Below, piece by piece: positions 1 to 11,617 of a stretch of DNA of 64,000 nucleotides; position 1 is the stretch's first letter, and every line of letters starts with the position of its first letter. Under the pieces are notes generated by a model. It saw nothing but the letters and a program-made list of their open reading frames with translations. It was not told where the DNA came from and made no database searches. The position numbers and the translations under genes were made by a program. This stretch comes from Callorhinchus milii (Eukaryota): positions 71,548,001-71,612,000 of the forward strand of contig NW_024704744.1 of NCBI RefSeq assembly GCF_018977255.1, written 5' to 3'.

Positions 1-606
1 TCTATTCACTGTAAGGTCTATTTATGCTGGTTTTCTTTGTTAGTGTGAAAATCTCAATGTTACATGGCAAACAACACTTAGGCATGCGTACTGGAGCCTG
101 TCTGACTGATCTACTTGGTTTTGGTATCCGCACCAGTTTAGTATAAATGTAGGCATTTTTGTACATTAACACCTTGGGATTCCCCAGCGCCTTGGAGTGT
201 ACTCCCCACGTGAAAGGTGCCATACAAAGTTGTTTGGGAAACCTTGCTGGCAAAAAGTGGGTGTTGTGTTTGCCCTGCACTTGCCTGAATACCTGTGAAA
301 CACTTTGAGACATTTCAATGTGATGAAATGCTTTCGTTAAAAAACAAAAGTATTCTTCACATCCTGTGAATTCAACTCGTCGCTGCGAATGAGATTTGTG
401 GGTGACTGAAATAAATCCTGTTTCTTGCTCCAACACTATTGCTTAAAGGACACTCACTATTTGATACATTTTCATTATGGAGAGCCTAGGATCTGTCTAT
501 TAGAATATTGCTTTTTTTATTCACTAAGAAGATCGTTTAATTGCTGTATGATTTTTTTGTATCTCTGTCCAGTTAAAGTGTAACATGTCTTTTGCCTTTC
601 TCCTAG

Positions 607-664
607 ATGTGTGAGGATTCCGATCTGAAGTCTTTTCTGACATACAAAACATTTTCTGGAAAAT
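607..664 (+). CDS. HNRNPLL: hnRNP L-like protein, internal coding exon in RRM4 (MCEDSDLKSFLTYKTFSGK); gene starts upstream of the window
   Basis: Acceptor tttctcctAG before 607 and donor GTAAGT at 665; phase 1 joins in frame to 1472. Aligns with hnRNP L/LL RRM4 (..KVFSGK / ..FIKYKVF). Paralog name rests on adjacency to ATL2. Confidence 0.85.
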
Positions 665-1471
665 GTAAGTAATGCGATGACGGTGAACAAACTGATTCAA
701 AAGTGCTTTCAAAATCTTTAAGTTGTGATGAAACTAAGTTGTTAACTTGCTTATCTACTATGGTTAAAAGAAAAAAAAGGGAAAATATCATTTATGCCAG
801 CTGTCTGACTTGTGGAAACCCATTATAATGCTTGAGAATATCCAACCCAGACAGTTCCACATATGTATACAACTTGCACATTGTGTGCTTATTTAAGATC
901 TGTTATCATTCAATCAATGGCAAGTAGAAGTTAAAAGAAGTTTTTGTTGGGATATTGTAGTAGAAATTAAAATATCAAACTTGCCGATTCATTTATAAGT
1001 CATAGTAAATGGCACTTTGAAGTCGCTGGATCCTGCAAATTCTGAGATTGTGTGGTCACAGTCTATGGGACATGAAGGGTGTAGCTAGAACTTTAGGAGT
1101 GTAGAGTATGGAAGTATAGCCCAGCACTCAATGATCTGTAATGCTTCTGGTTCACTTGAATACATCAAACAGAATTTTCATTTGTTTTAGAGATTATTAA
1201 ATTTCCTTTGATCTGATTTTTGAATAGGTAGAAAACTGGACTCCAGATGGAGAAATAAACACTTTGTGGGCTAAGATTATCAGTTTGGATTGAAGTTTCT
1301 CTAAGACTGCTGTATAAAACCAATATAATATGATCGGTTTGAAATGAAATGCAGGTGATTCAGTGCTGAAATGATTGAGTTGACACCTGATTGAGCTTCT
1401 CTCAGAGAATATTTTTCCTTTTCCTGAGCGTGTAGATGATCTAATTTTTTAATGTTCTGTTCCCTTTTTAG

Positions 1472-1567
1472 CTGACCGGAGTTTATCGGGCTTGTTGGAA
1501 TGGCAGTCGAAAGATGAAGCTGTGGAGGCGCTGGCCATGCTGAATCACTACCAGATAAAAAATCCAA
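1472..1567 (+). CDS. HNRNPLL: hnRNP L-like protein, penultimate coding exon (SDRSLSGLLEWQSKDEAVEALAMLNHYQIKNP)
   Basis: Acceptor ctttttAG, donor GTAAGT at 1568; contains the diagnostic SGLLEW...LNHYQ motif of hnRNP L/LL RRM4. Confidence 0.93.
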
Positions 1568-1849
1568 GTAAGTGATAAAAATTACAGCTGGAATTCCTGA
1601 AGCAGACTGGAAAATATGGCTCAATAAATTTTTATTTCCATTAAATTGTTATCCACAGCCAGTCACATATTTCATAAAGCTACACTTGGGATGGGATTTG
1701 TATTCTTGATGAAGATCAAGATGTCTTGTTTTCAAACTGAAATGATCTGAAGTCGCCAAGAGGAATGGTTTTAACTCAGCACAACCTCCATCATTACGGT
1801 CGAGCATGTGTGATTGATGATGTTACTCTTTGCAGATTTATCATCGTGG

Positions 1850-2090
1850 TCACTTAGTAGTACTGTGGCCTCTGGATCAAAGTGATGGGCAAAAGGCTAG
1901 GCCGATAGTCTAGGCTAACATTCCAGGGCAGTGCTATGGCAGCACTGGATTGAGTCTTCACATGAAATGTTAAATTGAGGCCCCATCTGCCTTTTTTCAG
2001 TGGGATGTGAAAGATCCCACAACACTGTTTGAAAAGAGAAGCAAGTTTCTCCAGGTTAAATTGGTCAGTCATCTCATGGCTGATTTGGTG
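1850..2090 (+). mobile_element. Old Deu-domain SINE (SacSINE1/AmnSINE1-like) fragment in the last HNRNPLL intron
   Basis: tctaggctaacattcc...gttaaattgaggccccatctgcc...gtgaaagatcccacaacactgtttgaaaagag resembles the DeuSINE body; related copies occur throughout the window. Confidence 0.65.
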
Positions 2091-2193
2091 CCTGTATGCA
2101 TTGGAGTAGCACCATGTAGACTGAGCTCAGAGCAAATTAATTCTTGAAAACTGTTTAAAGGTTTATGCTTAAAGGAACCATTTTTCTTTTCAG

Positions 2194-2249
2194 GTGGTCC
2201 GTATCCCTACACCTTGAAGCTCTGTTTTTCATCCATCTCCCATGTATGA
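2194..2249 (+). CDS. HNRNPLL: hnRNP L-like protein, last coding exon (SGPYPYTLKLCFSSISHV*)
   Basis: Acceptor ttttcttttcAG; PYTLKLCFS is the conserved C-terminal motif; TGA at 2247-2249. Confidence 0.95.
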
Positions 2250-2930
2250 AGATGGGCTGAAGTGTGAACATGAGAATTTGGCAATGTACACCTGCAGGCA
2301 ACCTTACACTTGACACTTGCAATTACAAAGCGAAAATTGTCCTATCCGTTTTGAATGGTGTTGTATCACTTTATACCTGCTAAGTGGAAATAAAATCCTT
2401 TTTCTTCAGTTTAACTTGTAACTTTTTTTTCAAAACTGTATCGGAATAATATAAAGTAGACATTAAACTACCATAAATTAAGTGCTGCTTGGTTTATTAG
2501 GCAATCAAACTTGTTTTGGTCCTTTATGTCCGTGTTTAAGACCTTAATATGTCGATACGTAAAAGCTTAAATGTTTATGCAAGTGACCTTGTGAATTAGA
2601 ACTATGCAAGTGATGAAGAAATATCTACTTGTGGTGTACTTTTACGTGTTGATGGCACTTTTGCTATTTTTCTCCCTGTGAGTTAAAACTGTAGGACTGT
2701 TATTCTTTGGGAAACGTAGTTTGTGATGGTTTGTTTGGTTTCTTGCTATAAACTACGCACATTTTTGTGATCCTAGAGTTCTGTGTATTGCTGAAACTGA
2801 AGTGCCAAAATTGATAGTGATTTTAAACACTATGCCTGAACTTGGTATTTGTAATGGGCTTGTTGCCACGTGTTAACTCCTGCTGTGGTTAAGTAGTTCA
2901 TTAAACATTTAAAAGATATATCTGCAGATT
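2250..2930 (+). other. HNRNPLL: HNRNPLL 3' UTR with candidate poly(A) signals (AATAAA 2389-2394, ATTAAA 2462-2467, ATTAAA 2900-2905)
   Basis: Repeat-free, U-rich sequence after the stop codon; hexamers read directly. Which signal is used is unknown. Confidence 0.55.
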
Positions 2931-3289
2931 TTGTCGCTTCATTAACCTAGTTTATAAAGCCTGAATGGTCGTCTATGAGAAAAAGACAGCCATACTTGTC
3001 TTGTTCTGTTGGTTCTTTCCCTGTTCTCACCACAGTGAGGAGTTGCTGTGAAGGGAATTGCATGTTAGCAAAGCATTCTGAGCATCTTACTAATGGACTG
3101 TTGAATGATCAAGATATCCAAAAACTTGTGACTGTGATGCTCACACAGTTGAATAGACTGTCAATGCTGACTGTTAAGGCTCGCTTGGGTGAGGTACTAA
3201 AGCTCACACTGGAACAGCGTTGAGCATTCAGCTTGGTTATAGCATGGGTAAGCACAGAGAACCTCCCTTTGGTGCATCAATGTATGTCA

Positions 3290-3445
3290 ACCTTGCTCTG
3301 TCGTCTGAGTCAGAAGGTTGTGGGTTCAAGCTCTATGTTGGGACTTGGGAACTTGGATAGTCTAAGGTGACATTCCAATACGGTGGGGTTTCTGTGCTGC
3401 ACTGTTGGAAGTGCAATACTTTAGATGAGACATTAAACTAAGGTA
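3290..3445 (+). mobile_element. Deu-domain SINE fragment
   Basis: ctgagtcagaaggttgtgggttcaag...gctgcactgttggaagtgc...agatgagacattaaac. Confidence 0.65.
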
Positions 3446-3904
3446 ACCACAATCCTTGTCCTGAACCCATTGAAATCCACACATTTAAAAATGAAAGGTG
3501 ACAAAATGCAACTGATTTTGTTGACTTCTCAGCAGTATTCAGACTGGCTTTGCTTTATCAGTAGCAAGAATGTCAAATTCTGCCTGGAGTTTCGCTGATG
3601 CACATTAAGTTCCAGACATCAAATGAGTTTTCAATCAAATGGAAAAAAAATCTAGATAAATCTGAAGGTTAATCAGTGAGCCACAAAAATCACCTCTTCA
3701 AACCCCATCAAAGGAAGTTTGATTCCACTTGGCTGAAAACGTTTGTCACAGTGAAGAGAGTTTATAGTCTAGGCTGACACTCATTTCCTTGCCATGCTGA
3801 AGGAACCCTGCAATGTCACGAGTGATAAGAGTCATCTGCCTTTTAAGATGGATGTTAAAATTCCCTGTGCTATTTGAAAAGTGAACAGTTTTGGTAATAT
3901 GACA

Positions 3905-4320
3905 GCGCTCCCTATCCTTCAGAGGATCCAGTTCAAGATCCTGGTCCTCACCTATAAAGCCCTCCATGACCTTGCCCCACCCTACCTCTGCGACTCCTAA
4001 CCCCATACTTACCCACCCGCTCTCTCCGCTCAGCCGGCTCTGGCCTGCTCCACATCCTCCGCCCACCATTGGCGGGAGAGTCTTCAGCCACTCTGACCCC
4101 AACCTCTGGAATTCCATCCCCCCCATCACTCCACCTCACCCCCCCTTAGCCTCCTTCAAGTCCTACCTCAAAACCCTCCTCTTCGACCATGCCATCGGTC
4201 AATCCCCTTCCCCTCCCCTCCCTTCTCCCTCCCTGACACCAGCTCGGGTCTGAAATCCTGCACACTGTCCAGCACCTTGGGATGTGAAAGGCGCTATACA
4301 AATGTAATCTTGTTGCTATA
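3905..4320 (+). mobile_element. L2 LINE 3' fragment
   Basis: Encodes the L2 ORF2 C-terminus (TIGGRVFSHSDPNLWNSIP...SFKSYLKTLLF), followed by the 3' tail gtgaaaggcgctatacaaatg. Confidence 0.85.
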
Positions 4321-4374
4321 TCAATTCAAGGATTATTGTTACCAGTCTCTCCACCCATCTCTGTACAATCACGT

Positions 4375-4660
4375 GCCGCATTCTTCAGGACTCTATCCTT
4401 GGTCCTCTTCATATCCCAATGTTCCCACTCAGTGACATTATCCACAGTCAGTGAGTGGGTTCACTTCCATATGTATGTGAATGCCATCCAACTCTTTCTG
4501 CCTCCACTCTTGATTCCAGGACCATTGCTGTTCTGACCGATTGCATGTTAGACATCAAGTTCCAGTTGAGCTCCAACTTTCTTCAGCTGATCGTTGATGA
4601 GATGGAGGCTTTCCTGCTTGGCTCCTGTCAGCTCCTTCTCATCTCAGGTGCTGATTGCAC
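4375..4660 (+). mobile_element. Decayed L2 reverse-transcriptase fragment
   Basis: FHMYVNAIQL is a decayed [10 protein letters not shown]; [21 protein letters not shown] matches the copy at about 32300. Confidence 0.75.
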
Positions 4661-5934
4661 CAACCTGCATCAACACTCCTCATTCTCCCCCCACCCCCTC
4701 CACCTGAGCCAGTGCAAAACCTTGTTTGATTCCCACTGCCTTTCTGCCCCCCTCAGCTTTTCTCCCACCTCTGAAACATTGTCATTTATTATCTCAGCCT
4801 TTATAAGAGAAATCACTATGTTCTTACTGTGCATGAGTTAGATTTTCCATTTTTCTGTGGTTACCAGTGATGTATCAAAGGCAAGGATTATTATCTTTCA
4901 GAACAGGGCGTTCAGTTGTGAAACTATAACAACAATTTATGTTTATATAGCGCCTGCCTTTCATGGTCAAAAGATGATCTCAAAAGCATTTCACACTTTA
5001 AATTGGAGCCTCAGCTGGGGAGTGAGGTGGGAGTTGGCTGACTACGTCCTGAAAACAGGACGCTTGGCTGAGAGATCAAAACACAGATAAGGCGACCTCA
5101 TAGCATTACGTTTTAAGAATAAAATGCTAATATTGAGTTCAGCACAGCAATGCTGATGTCTTCAAAATACAGAGTTCGGAGACCTGATCAGACGTGGTAA
5201 GCCATTGTTGGCTTGACCAGACTGTCTACCATAAAACCGATCAGACACAGATCAGCTGCAATTAAAGTAAAATGTCTTTCAAGGAATAATTGGTTCAGAT
5301 TATTCTTAATCCTATTAAAACTGCAAATCGCTTAGCGACAATGATTGCTCCAATTCACGAATACGTAATGCTACAGCACAATGGAAGTTTGCTTGGTTCA
5401 GTTGCTATATACTCAATGTGCCTGATTTATTTTTTAAGCGTAATTAAGATGTGTTAGCGTCGTGCTTTATTAGAGGATTTGCTTGTTGTCTAAAACAGAG
5501 GCCCTGTTTAATCTCTTTAATGCAGGTGCTCTAATTTGGGTGTAAAATGAGTACAGTAATCTATTTTCCCAGTTTTCTGGATCTTGCTTTTCATTTTCAA
5601 ATTATCTGAACTATAAACCTTTACCTAAGGATCAGTCTTGGTACATATAAAAACCAGAATAGCCTTGAACCTATTACTAAATTCTTTAGAGGAAATAAAA
5701 TCCATATGGCAAATTGCTATTAATACGCTGGTTTGAAGCAGCTGAAAATTGCACACTTGTGTTTATCTGTGTGTGTGTGTGCACGCACAACAGTGTTTGC
5801 AAGCTTGATAGGCACTTAGGGGCATCCTCCCGATGTGAAAGGTGCTATAGAAATACTGTGTACAAATGTTAATTGTTGTTGTTGACAAATATACTCCTAA
5901 TCAGATTTTTTTTCTTGTTAAATAACTCGCTTTG

Positions 5935-6795
5935 ACTATAATGTGAACTATCCCCCAAAAGGCTGTGGATGCTGGATCCATTCACATTTTCAAGATGGAG
6001 TTAGATAAATAGTTATTAGGTCAGGGTATTAAGGGATACGAGGCAAGGACGGGTAACTGGACTTACCTTCCTCCCCCACATCTGGTCCCTCACCAGCACC
6101 GCCTTCTTCCACCTCTGACGCATCGCCTGTCTCTGCCAATACCTCTCTCCGAAAGACGCTGAAACCCTAGTCCATGCCTTTGTCACCTTTCGGCTGGACT
6201 ATTCTAACGCCCTCCTCGCCGGTCTTCCATTCACTACTATCCATAAAATCCAGATCATTCAAAACTCTGCCGCCTGCATTCTCACCCGCACCAAACACCA
6301 CTCCCCGATTACCCCAGTCCTTGCCAGATACAATACCCTTGTATTCAAATCCCTCCACTCCTCTGCACCCCCCTACCTCTCTGACTTCTCTCCTCAAAAC
6401 AGTACCCGTTGCCTTCGTTCCTCCGGGTCTGGCCTCCGCCTCATCCCCCGAGTCCGCCACTCCACCCTCGGCGGCCGTACCTTCAGCCACGATGCCCCGA
6501 GGCTCTGGAATTCCCTTCATCACTCTCTTTGCCTCGCCCCCTCTCTCCCTATTTTCAGGTCCCTGCTGAAGACCTTTCTCTTCGAACGCCCTTTGGTCAC
6601 CTTCCTCCCCATCCCCCTGGCTCGACCCCGGGATACGTTACTGTGAAGTGCTCTGAGACGTCGTCCGGGATGGAGGGTGCTATATAAATCCAAGTTGTTG
6701 TTGTTAACTTGAGGTATTGATCAGCCAAGATCTTATATAATGGTGGATCAGGCTCGAGGGACTGAATAGCCTGCTCCTGTTTCTATGTCTATGTA
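5935..6795 (+). mobile_element. CR1 LINE 3' end (5935-6062 and 6707-6795) interrupted by an L2 3' fragment (6063-6706)
   Basis: CR1 tail (ggctgtggatgct...ttttcaagatggagttagata; gatcagcc...gaatagcctgctcctgtttctatg) is split by L2 sequence ending gctatataaatccaagttgttgttg. Confidence 0.8.
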
Positions 6796-7309
6796 TCCCC
6801 CCTGAAGCAGAAATGTACAATCAGATTCTCACATAGCAACTAGATCATATCAATTTCAAAGGCTAAGGCTGTAATGTAAAACCATGTCATCTGGAACAAT
6901 TTGATAGCCTGCATGTTGTGTCTCTCTCTAACTGAATGCATGTGACTGATCTGGGTTCCAGAAACATGTCTCATAATATGGATTTAGATAACGGATAGAA
7001 TTCTGTTTAAAATCAAGCGCGCCATGGGTGAAGGCCATGCCAGGTAAAGCTCCCACGACCAATTTCCGGGCACCAGTTGGGAACAGGGCAATTGGCCTTT
7101 GCATAGTTGAGCTTGGGAAAGGGTTGGGAGGGGGGGTGGGAATTGTGCGTAGCTATATCAACCAATGTCTCCTGTGTGTTTGTGATGTTGGGTAACATGT
7201 TAAAACAACATCACAACTTCCATTGATATAGCACCCTTCATGCAGGGTAGCATCTTGGAGCACTTCAAACGTGGATATGATGCCCTCCACAGCCTGCTCT
7301 TGCCTGGAG

Positions 7310-7482
7310 AGCAGCCATGTGGTTGAGGAGAAAGAGGGGTTACCAATACTTGGACTCAACAAAGAGTCAAAACCCATGATCCCACCAATGTGCAGGGATC
7401 CTTACTGGAAGTTTGCATGTATGGACATCAGGTAAGCACAGAATCAGGCTCAGCTGCGATTACTCACTCTAATAACCTGCAA
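7310..7482 (+). mobile_element. LF-SINE-like fragment
   Basis: ctggaagtttgcatgtatggacatcaggtaagcacagaatcaggctcagctgcgat resembles the LF-SINE central region as I recall it. Confidence 0.5.
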
Positions 7483-7488
7483 AAATAA

Positions 7489-7693
7489 TAATCCCTCCAA
7501 AACCAAAACAATAATAAATTGGTCATTTTCAATCTACGACTGTTTGTGGGACATTGCTGTGCGCAATTGGCTGCCGCGTTCGCCCACAAATATACAGTCA
7601 ATTCACTTTACAGTGTGTTCTGCGAAGCGCTTTGGAACGTCCTCCCGACGTGAAAAGCGCTACATCAAATGCAAGGATTAGTATTATTATTAT
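7489..7693 (+). mobile_element. Young tRNA-derived SINE, 5'-truncated
   Basis: Near-identical to the 3' part of the full copy at 12473-12791; (ATT)n tail. Confidence 0.85.
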
Positions 7694-7963
7694 TTTAAAC
7701 ACTGCTACAATCATCTACATTATGAATGGCATCAAGTGTTACAATTCCATATTGTTGATTTTCCCCCAACTATTGAATCCATGTTATAAGAGAATAATCG
7801 TCAATCTGTTGCTGCACTAATCAATCGAGCAACCAATTTTATTTTAATTTTAAGGGTGGGTTTCTAGCCCACTTTTAATGGCGCTTTCCTCCCCACCAAC
7901 GTGTTCCCAGACCCTCTGTTAATGCTGCTGTTCCACTGCCAGGTACAAGCTGGTACTGCAAGA

Positions 7964-7980
7964 TGCCACCAGGTGGCACC
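7964..7980. promoter_or_regulatory. CTCF-binding motif (palindromic TGCCACC-A-GGTGGCA)
   Basis: GCCACCAGGTGGCAC fits the CTCF core CCASYAGRKGGCR; lies in non-repetitive DNA between two genes. Confidence 0.6.
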
Positions 7981-9414
7981 GTTGCTGCTGTGTTGCCTGC
8001 GGGTCACAGTTGGAGGAGGTTGGTTGGTATTGTAGGACAGACAGTATGATGAGTAAGTGCTGTACCATTGTCAGAGTGCGTCACGAGAACTTGGATCCTG
8101 CAGCTTTAATGTTTTATGCAACAAATCACAGAGAACCAGCAACAACAAAAGCAGAACAGTGCTTTAAACCGCCTTTTTTGTGCCTTTTGCAAGAACTCTG
8201 CCTTTTGAGTAGCGGCCGGTTTTAAAGTGGGAGAGCCTGCCGTGCTGTTAGTCCAGGTTGTCAGTGTATTAGTATAAATGTTTAGGAAAATAAAGGTACT
8301 CTGGTTACCACAAAAACCCGTGCGTGACTTTTCATGATTTCTACGATGATTTCCACGACGTTTGGCATTTTTGAAATGTCTAATCATTCTTTCTCAAAAA
8401 AAAATTGAGAAAGCAAATTAAAAAATCCAGTTAATTTTACTCCTGAAAATAATAATAATCCTTGCATTTGATATAGTGCCTTATTGGATCATTGAGACTC
8501 TCAAAGAAATTCGCAGAATATACAGTGAAGTGAAATAACTGTTTATTTTGTGGACAAAATAACAAAAAAGGAAGGAGTGGATGCATCTGCACTTAGCCTT
8601 GAGAATTTCAGATGAAATTTCGACCCTCTAAGTACAATCATCACTATGAAGCACTTTGAGACATTTTAGAGTCATACAAAAATTCAAGTTCTTTATTCTT
8701 AATGTGCACTTATTATTGCTGACAGCAAAACACATTTTGGCAAGGGAGCAACTTTGCTGAGTAATTGCACTTGATTGTCACAGATACACAGGATAATGTA
8801 AATGATACAGCTCTACTATAAATCAGTAGAACATTGGACTGCAGATGAAACACACCACGTAGTGCTCCATGCGAGTCCTCATTCCTTTTATACCTTTGAT
8901 AAAGAAGCATGGTATATGCTCATGTACAGAGAAAGGTCCAAGGACGTGTCTGGCAGTAACATGAGGTCATTCCAATGCTTGTTAATCTCCAAAAGCTTTG
9001 CTCAGATCATAGATTTAATAGCAATGTTTAAAAGTAACCCAGATTACAAGTGTTTGCTGAACAGTTGGCTCAGTGAAATATGCTGCTCCCTGTGTCGATG
9101 CTACTGAGGAGACACTATCTCTAGGAAGATGTGAGGCTGAGTAGTTATTCTGAAGTTCTGCTACTTTACCTTTGGGAGTTGGGGAGAATTTGACCTTAAA
9201 CATGTGGTAGTGCAGATCATGATGGTCTGTGGTAAGGGATCTATCCTTAGCATTAGATAATAAACTGGGTTCTGTCTCCATGTTCAGGGGGACATTAAAG
9301 ATCCCTTGACACCTTGAAAAGAGAAGGCTCGAGGGGCCAAAACTGTATCAAACTCTACAAGAGGTCGATGGTAAAAATAACACAAACATGAGTCCAAAGA
9401 TTTCTCTGTGATTG

Positions 9415-9768
9415 CTCCATAGCTTACAGATACCCTGCGACTTCCTAATCCCCTACCAACCTGCCCACTCCCTCCACTCAGCGGGCTCCGGCCTGCTTTA
9501 TGTCCCTTGTGTCGCTGGTCCCACCATTCACGGGGGGGCCTTCAGCCACTCTGCCCCCATCCTCTGGAACTCCATCCTGCAGTCCCTCTGCCTTGCATTC
9601 TTCAAGACCCTCCTCTTCGGCCGAGCCTTCGATCACCGTCCTTCACCCCCTGCCCTACACCCTCCCCAATGGACCTTCAGCTCAGGTCCGAAACATTTAT
9701 TATCCAGCGCCTTCGGATGTTCTCCCGACGTGAAAGGCGCTATACAAATGTCATTTTGTTGTTGTTGC
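9415..9768 (+). mobile_element. L2 LINE 3' fragment
   Basis: PYQPAHSLHS...AFSHSAPILWNS...FKTLLF, then tail ctcccgacgtgaaaggcgctatacaaatg(ttg)n. Confidence 0.85.
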
Positions 9769-10370
9769 TTTATAGCCTACTGATTGCTCTTTGCTGACAA
9801 AAAAACAGTCGCTACACTTTACGGTGAAAGATAGTACTGAAAACACTTGAGGCTTTTCATTGAGCTGATTCAGGAACCTTTATTTACTTTTAAATGACTA
9901 TAAGTTGGACATTTATGAAATCCAGATGTGATCCCACTATTTTTATAAAAAATATTGTTTTTAATTAAAGCCAATTTAAAATCTTAGTTTAAATAAATGG
10001 CAATCCTCCCACTTTGCAAACACTATATATTTAGTCACGTCCTGACTGACCATCACTTATAAGCAGTTTGCACTCTGTAAGAGAAGGCCCCCCCATGCTT
10101 ATTGTTGCTCTGCGCAGTTGCTCTATTACTTGTACAATATTTTTTAGCCTATCTTTTCAATTTGTTTCTGTACACTCCCTGTTCTTCTTGCTCACTACAT
10201 AAATCACAGCAGTGTGACTGCTGGCGTGGTAACTCACTCACTGATTGATCAGTCCAGTTAAATACGCATTGAACTGTGAAAACAGTCTGACCCAGAGGTT
10301 TGACATAAACCTTCATCTTATTCCATTAAAAACAAGTCACGTCAGAAACAAAACAAAAAAAGGTTACCTG

Positions 10371-10385
10371 AGTTACCTGGTAACT
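10371..10385. promoter_or_regulatory. RFX X-box (AGTTACC-T-GGTAACT) upstream of the STUM/SPEC3-like gene
   Basis: Perfect palindrome matching GTNRCC-N(0-3)-RGYAAC, about 200 bp 5' of the first in-frame ATG; extra half-site GGTTACC at 10362. Confidence 0.55.
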
Positions 10386-10580
10386 TTGTTTGATGCAAAG
10401 GGCTGCCAGGATCAGATCTCTGTGGATCAGGTGAAAAAATCAGCAGTAAAAAGATTTGATTCCACTTTTCATTTGATGTTATTAATTACATAAGATTCAA
10501 ATTAGATGCATGCTTTTGAGCAGAAAACACGGCATCGAATCGACTAGCTAAAAGTGCATTGGACCACAGTGAAGGCCTCA

Positions 10581-10914
10581 ATGTTGTTTCAAGGAAGCAC
10601 CCAAGATGAGAACATGAATCAGAAGTGTCCCACTCTGGTCATATCCCAGGTCCCAGATGATCTCTCTGACGGCAGGCATACCCCAGAGCTGCCGTCTGTC
10701 ACTCACCTCAATGTCAGGAGACCCTCCCTCATGGATTCTCTGAGCAGTCTGGTGGCAGTGGCTCAGGAAGGCTTCCGAAAAGACCAGGAGGATTGGAAAA
10801 AACATTCCGATGTACTGCATAGGAAGCCTACGAAGATGACTGGAGCCATTCCCCACATGAGCACCTCGTTGGCTGTTATTTGCCTGGTCCTGAATATCCT
10901 AGCTCCTGGCACAG
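10581..10914 (+). CDS. STUM/SPEC3-family membrane protein, coding exon 1 (start at ATG 10581 or ATG 10614)
   Basis: Open frame ending ...TGAIPHMSTSLAVICLVLNILAPGT(G), matching the STUM motif [24 protein letters not shown]; donor CAG|GTAAAC at 10915, phase 1. Confidence 0.85.
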
Positions 10915-11039
10915 GTAAACATGTATTTAAGATTCATCTACAAAGTTGTTTTAGCTGAAGGTTTAACCCTCTCTCTAGCTATTATTTAGAAAAACTTGAA
11001 TTTTTATGATATCCATGATGTTGAAATACCTCAAAATGC

Positions 11040-11395
11040 TCAATAATAAGATTGCATGCATTTCAAATAGCACTTATAACAAGTCTGAAAGTGCTTTACC
11101 GTAGTTACTGTTAAGTGTAATGACTGTATTTGTAAACAAATGTGGCAGTATGAGACATAAAACCAGGAAGGAGGTGAATGGCCGATATATTTTGGAAGGG
11201 CATTTCTCAGTAGTAAGTGAGCAGCAGTTGTGATTGTAAGTAAACAAGGCAGCTGTTTTTGTGAGCAAAGTTCCACAAACAGCCAGGAGGCATATAACGC
11301 ATTTATCTGGAGGATTGTTGGCCAGGACTCCAGGAGAAACAACTGTCATTTCAAATACTGTACAGTAATGTTAAGGGATCTTTGACATTCCACCA
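11040..11395 (-). mobile_element. Deu-domain SINE remnants
   Basis: Reverse of gtggaatgtcaaagatccc...tctcctggagtcctggccaacaatcctccagataaa...ggctgtttgtgg. Confidence 0.6.
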
Positions 11396-11413
11396 TTATT
11401 TCGAATCACTTAC

Positions 11414-11617
11414 AATAATCCCTCCAAAATAAAACAATAATAAATTGGTCATTTTAAATCCACGACTGTTTGTGGGACACTGCTGTGTGCAATTGGCTGC
11501 CGCGTTTCGCCCACAAATATACAGTCAATTCACTTTACAGTCTATTCTGTGACGCGCTTTGAGACGTCTAGAAGACGTGAAAAGCGCTATATCAAATGCA
11601 AGGATTATTATTATTAT
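11414..11617 (+). mobile_element. Young tRNA-derived SINE, 5'-truncated
   Basis: gactgtttgtgggacactgctgtgtgcaattggctgccgcg...gagacgtctagaagacgtgaaaagcgctatatcaaatgcaagg(att)n. Confidence 0.85.

Noticed and set aside
2-436. 144-aa minus-strand ORF
   Set aside because: Lies in an HNRNPLL intron, overlaps a decayed SINE/L2 tail, starts at a non-ATG codon and has no recognisable motif.
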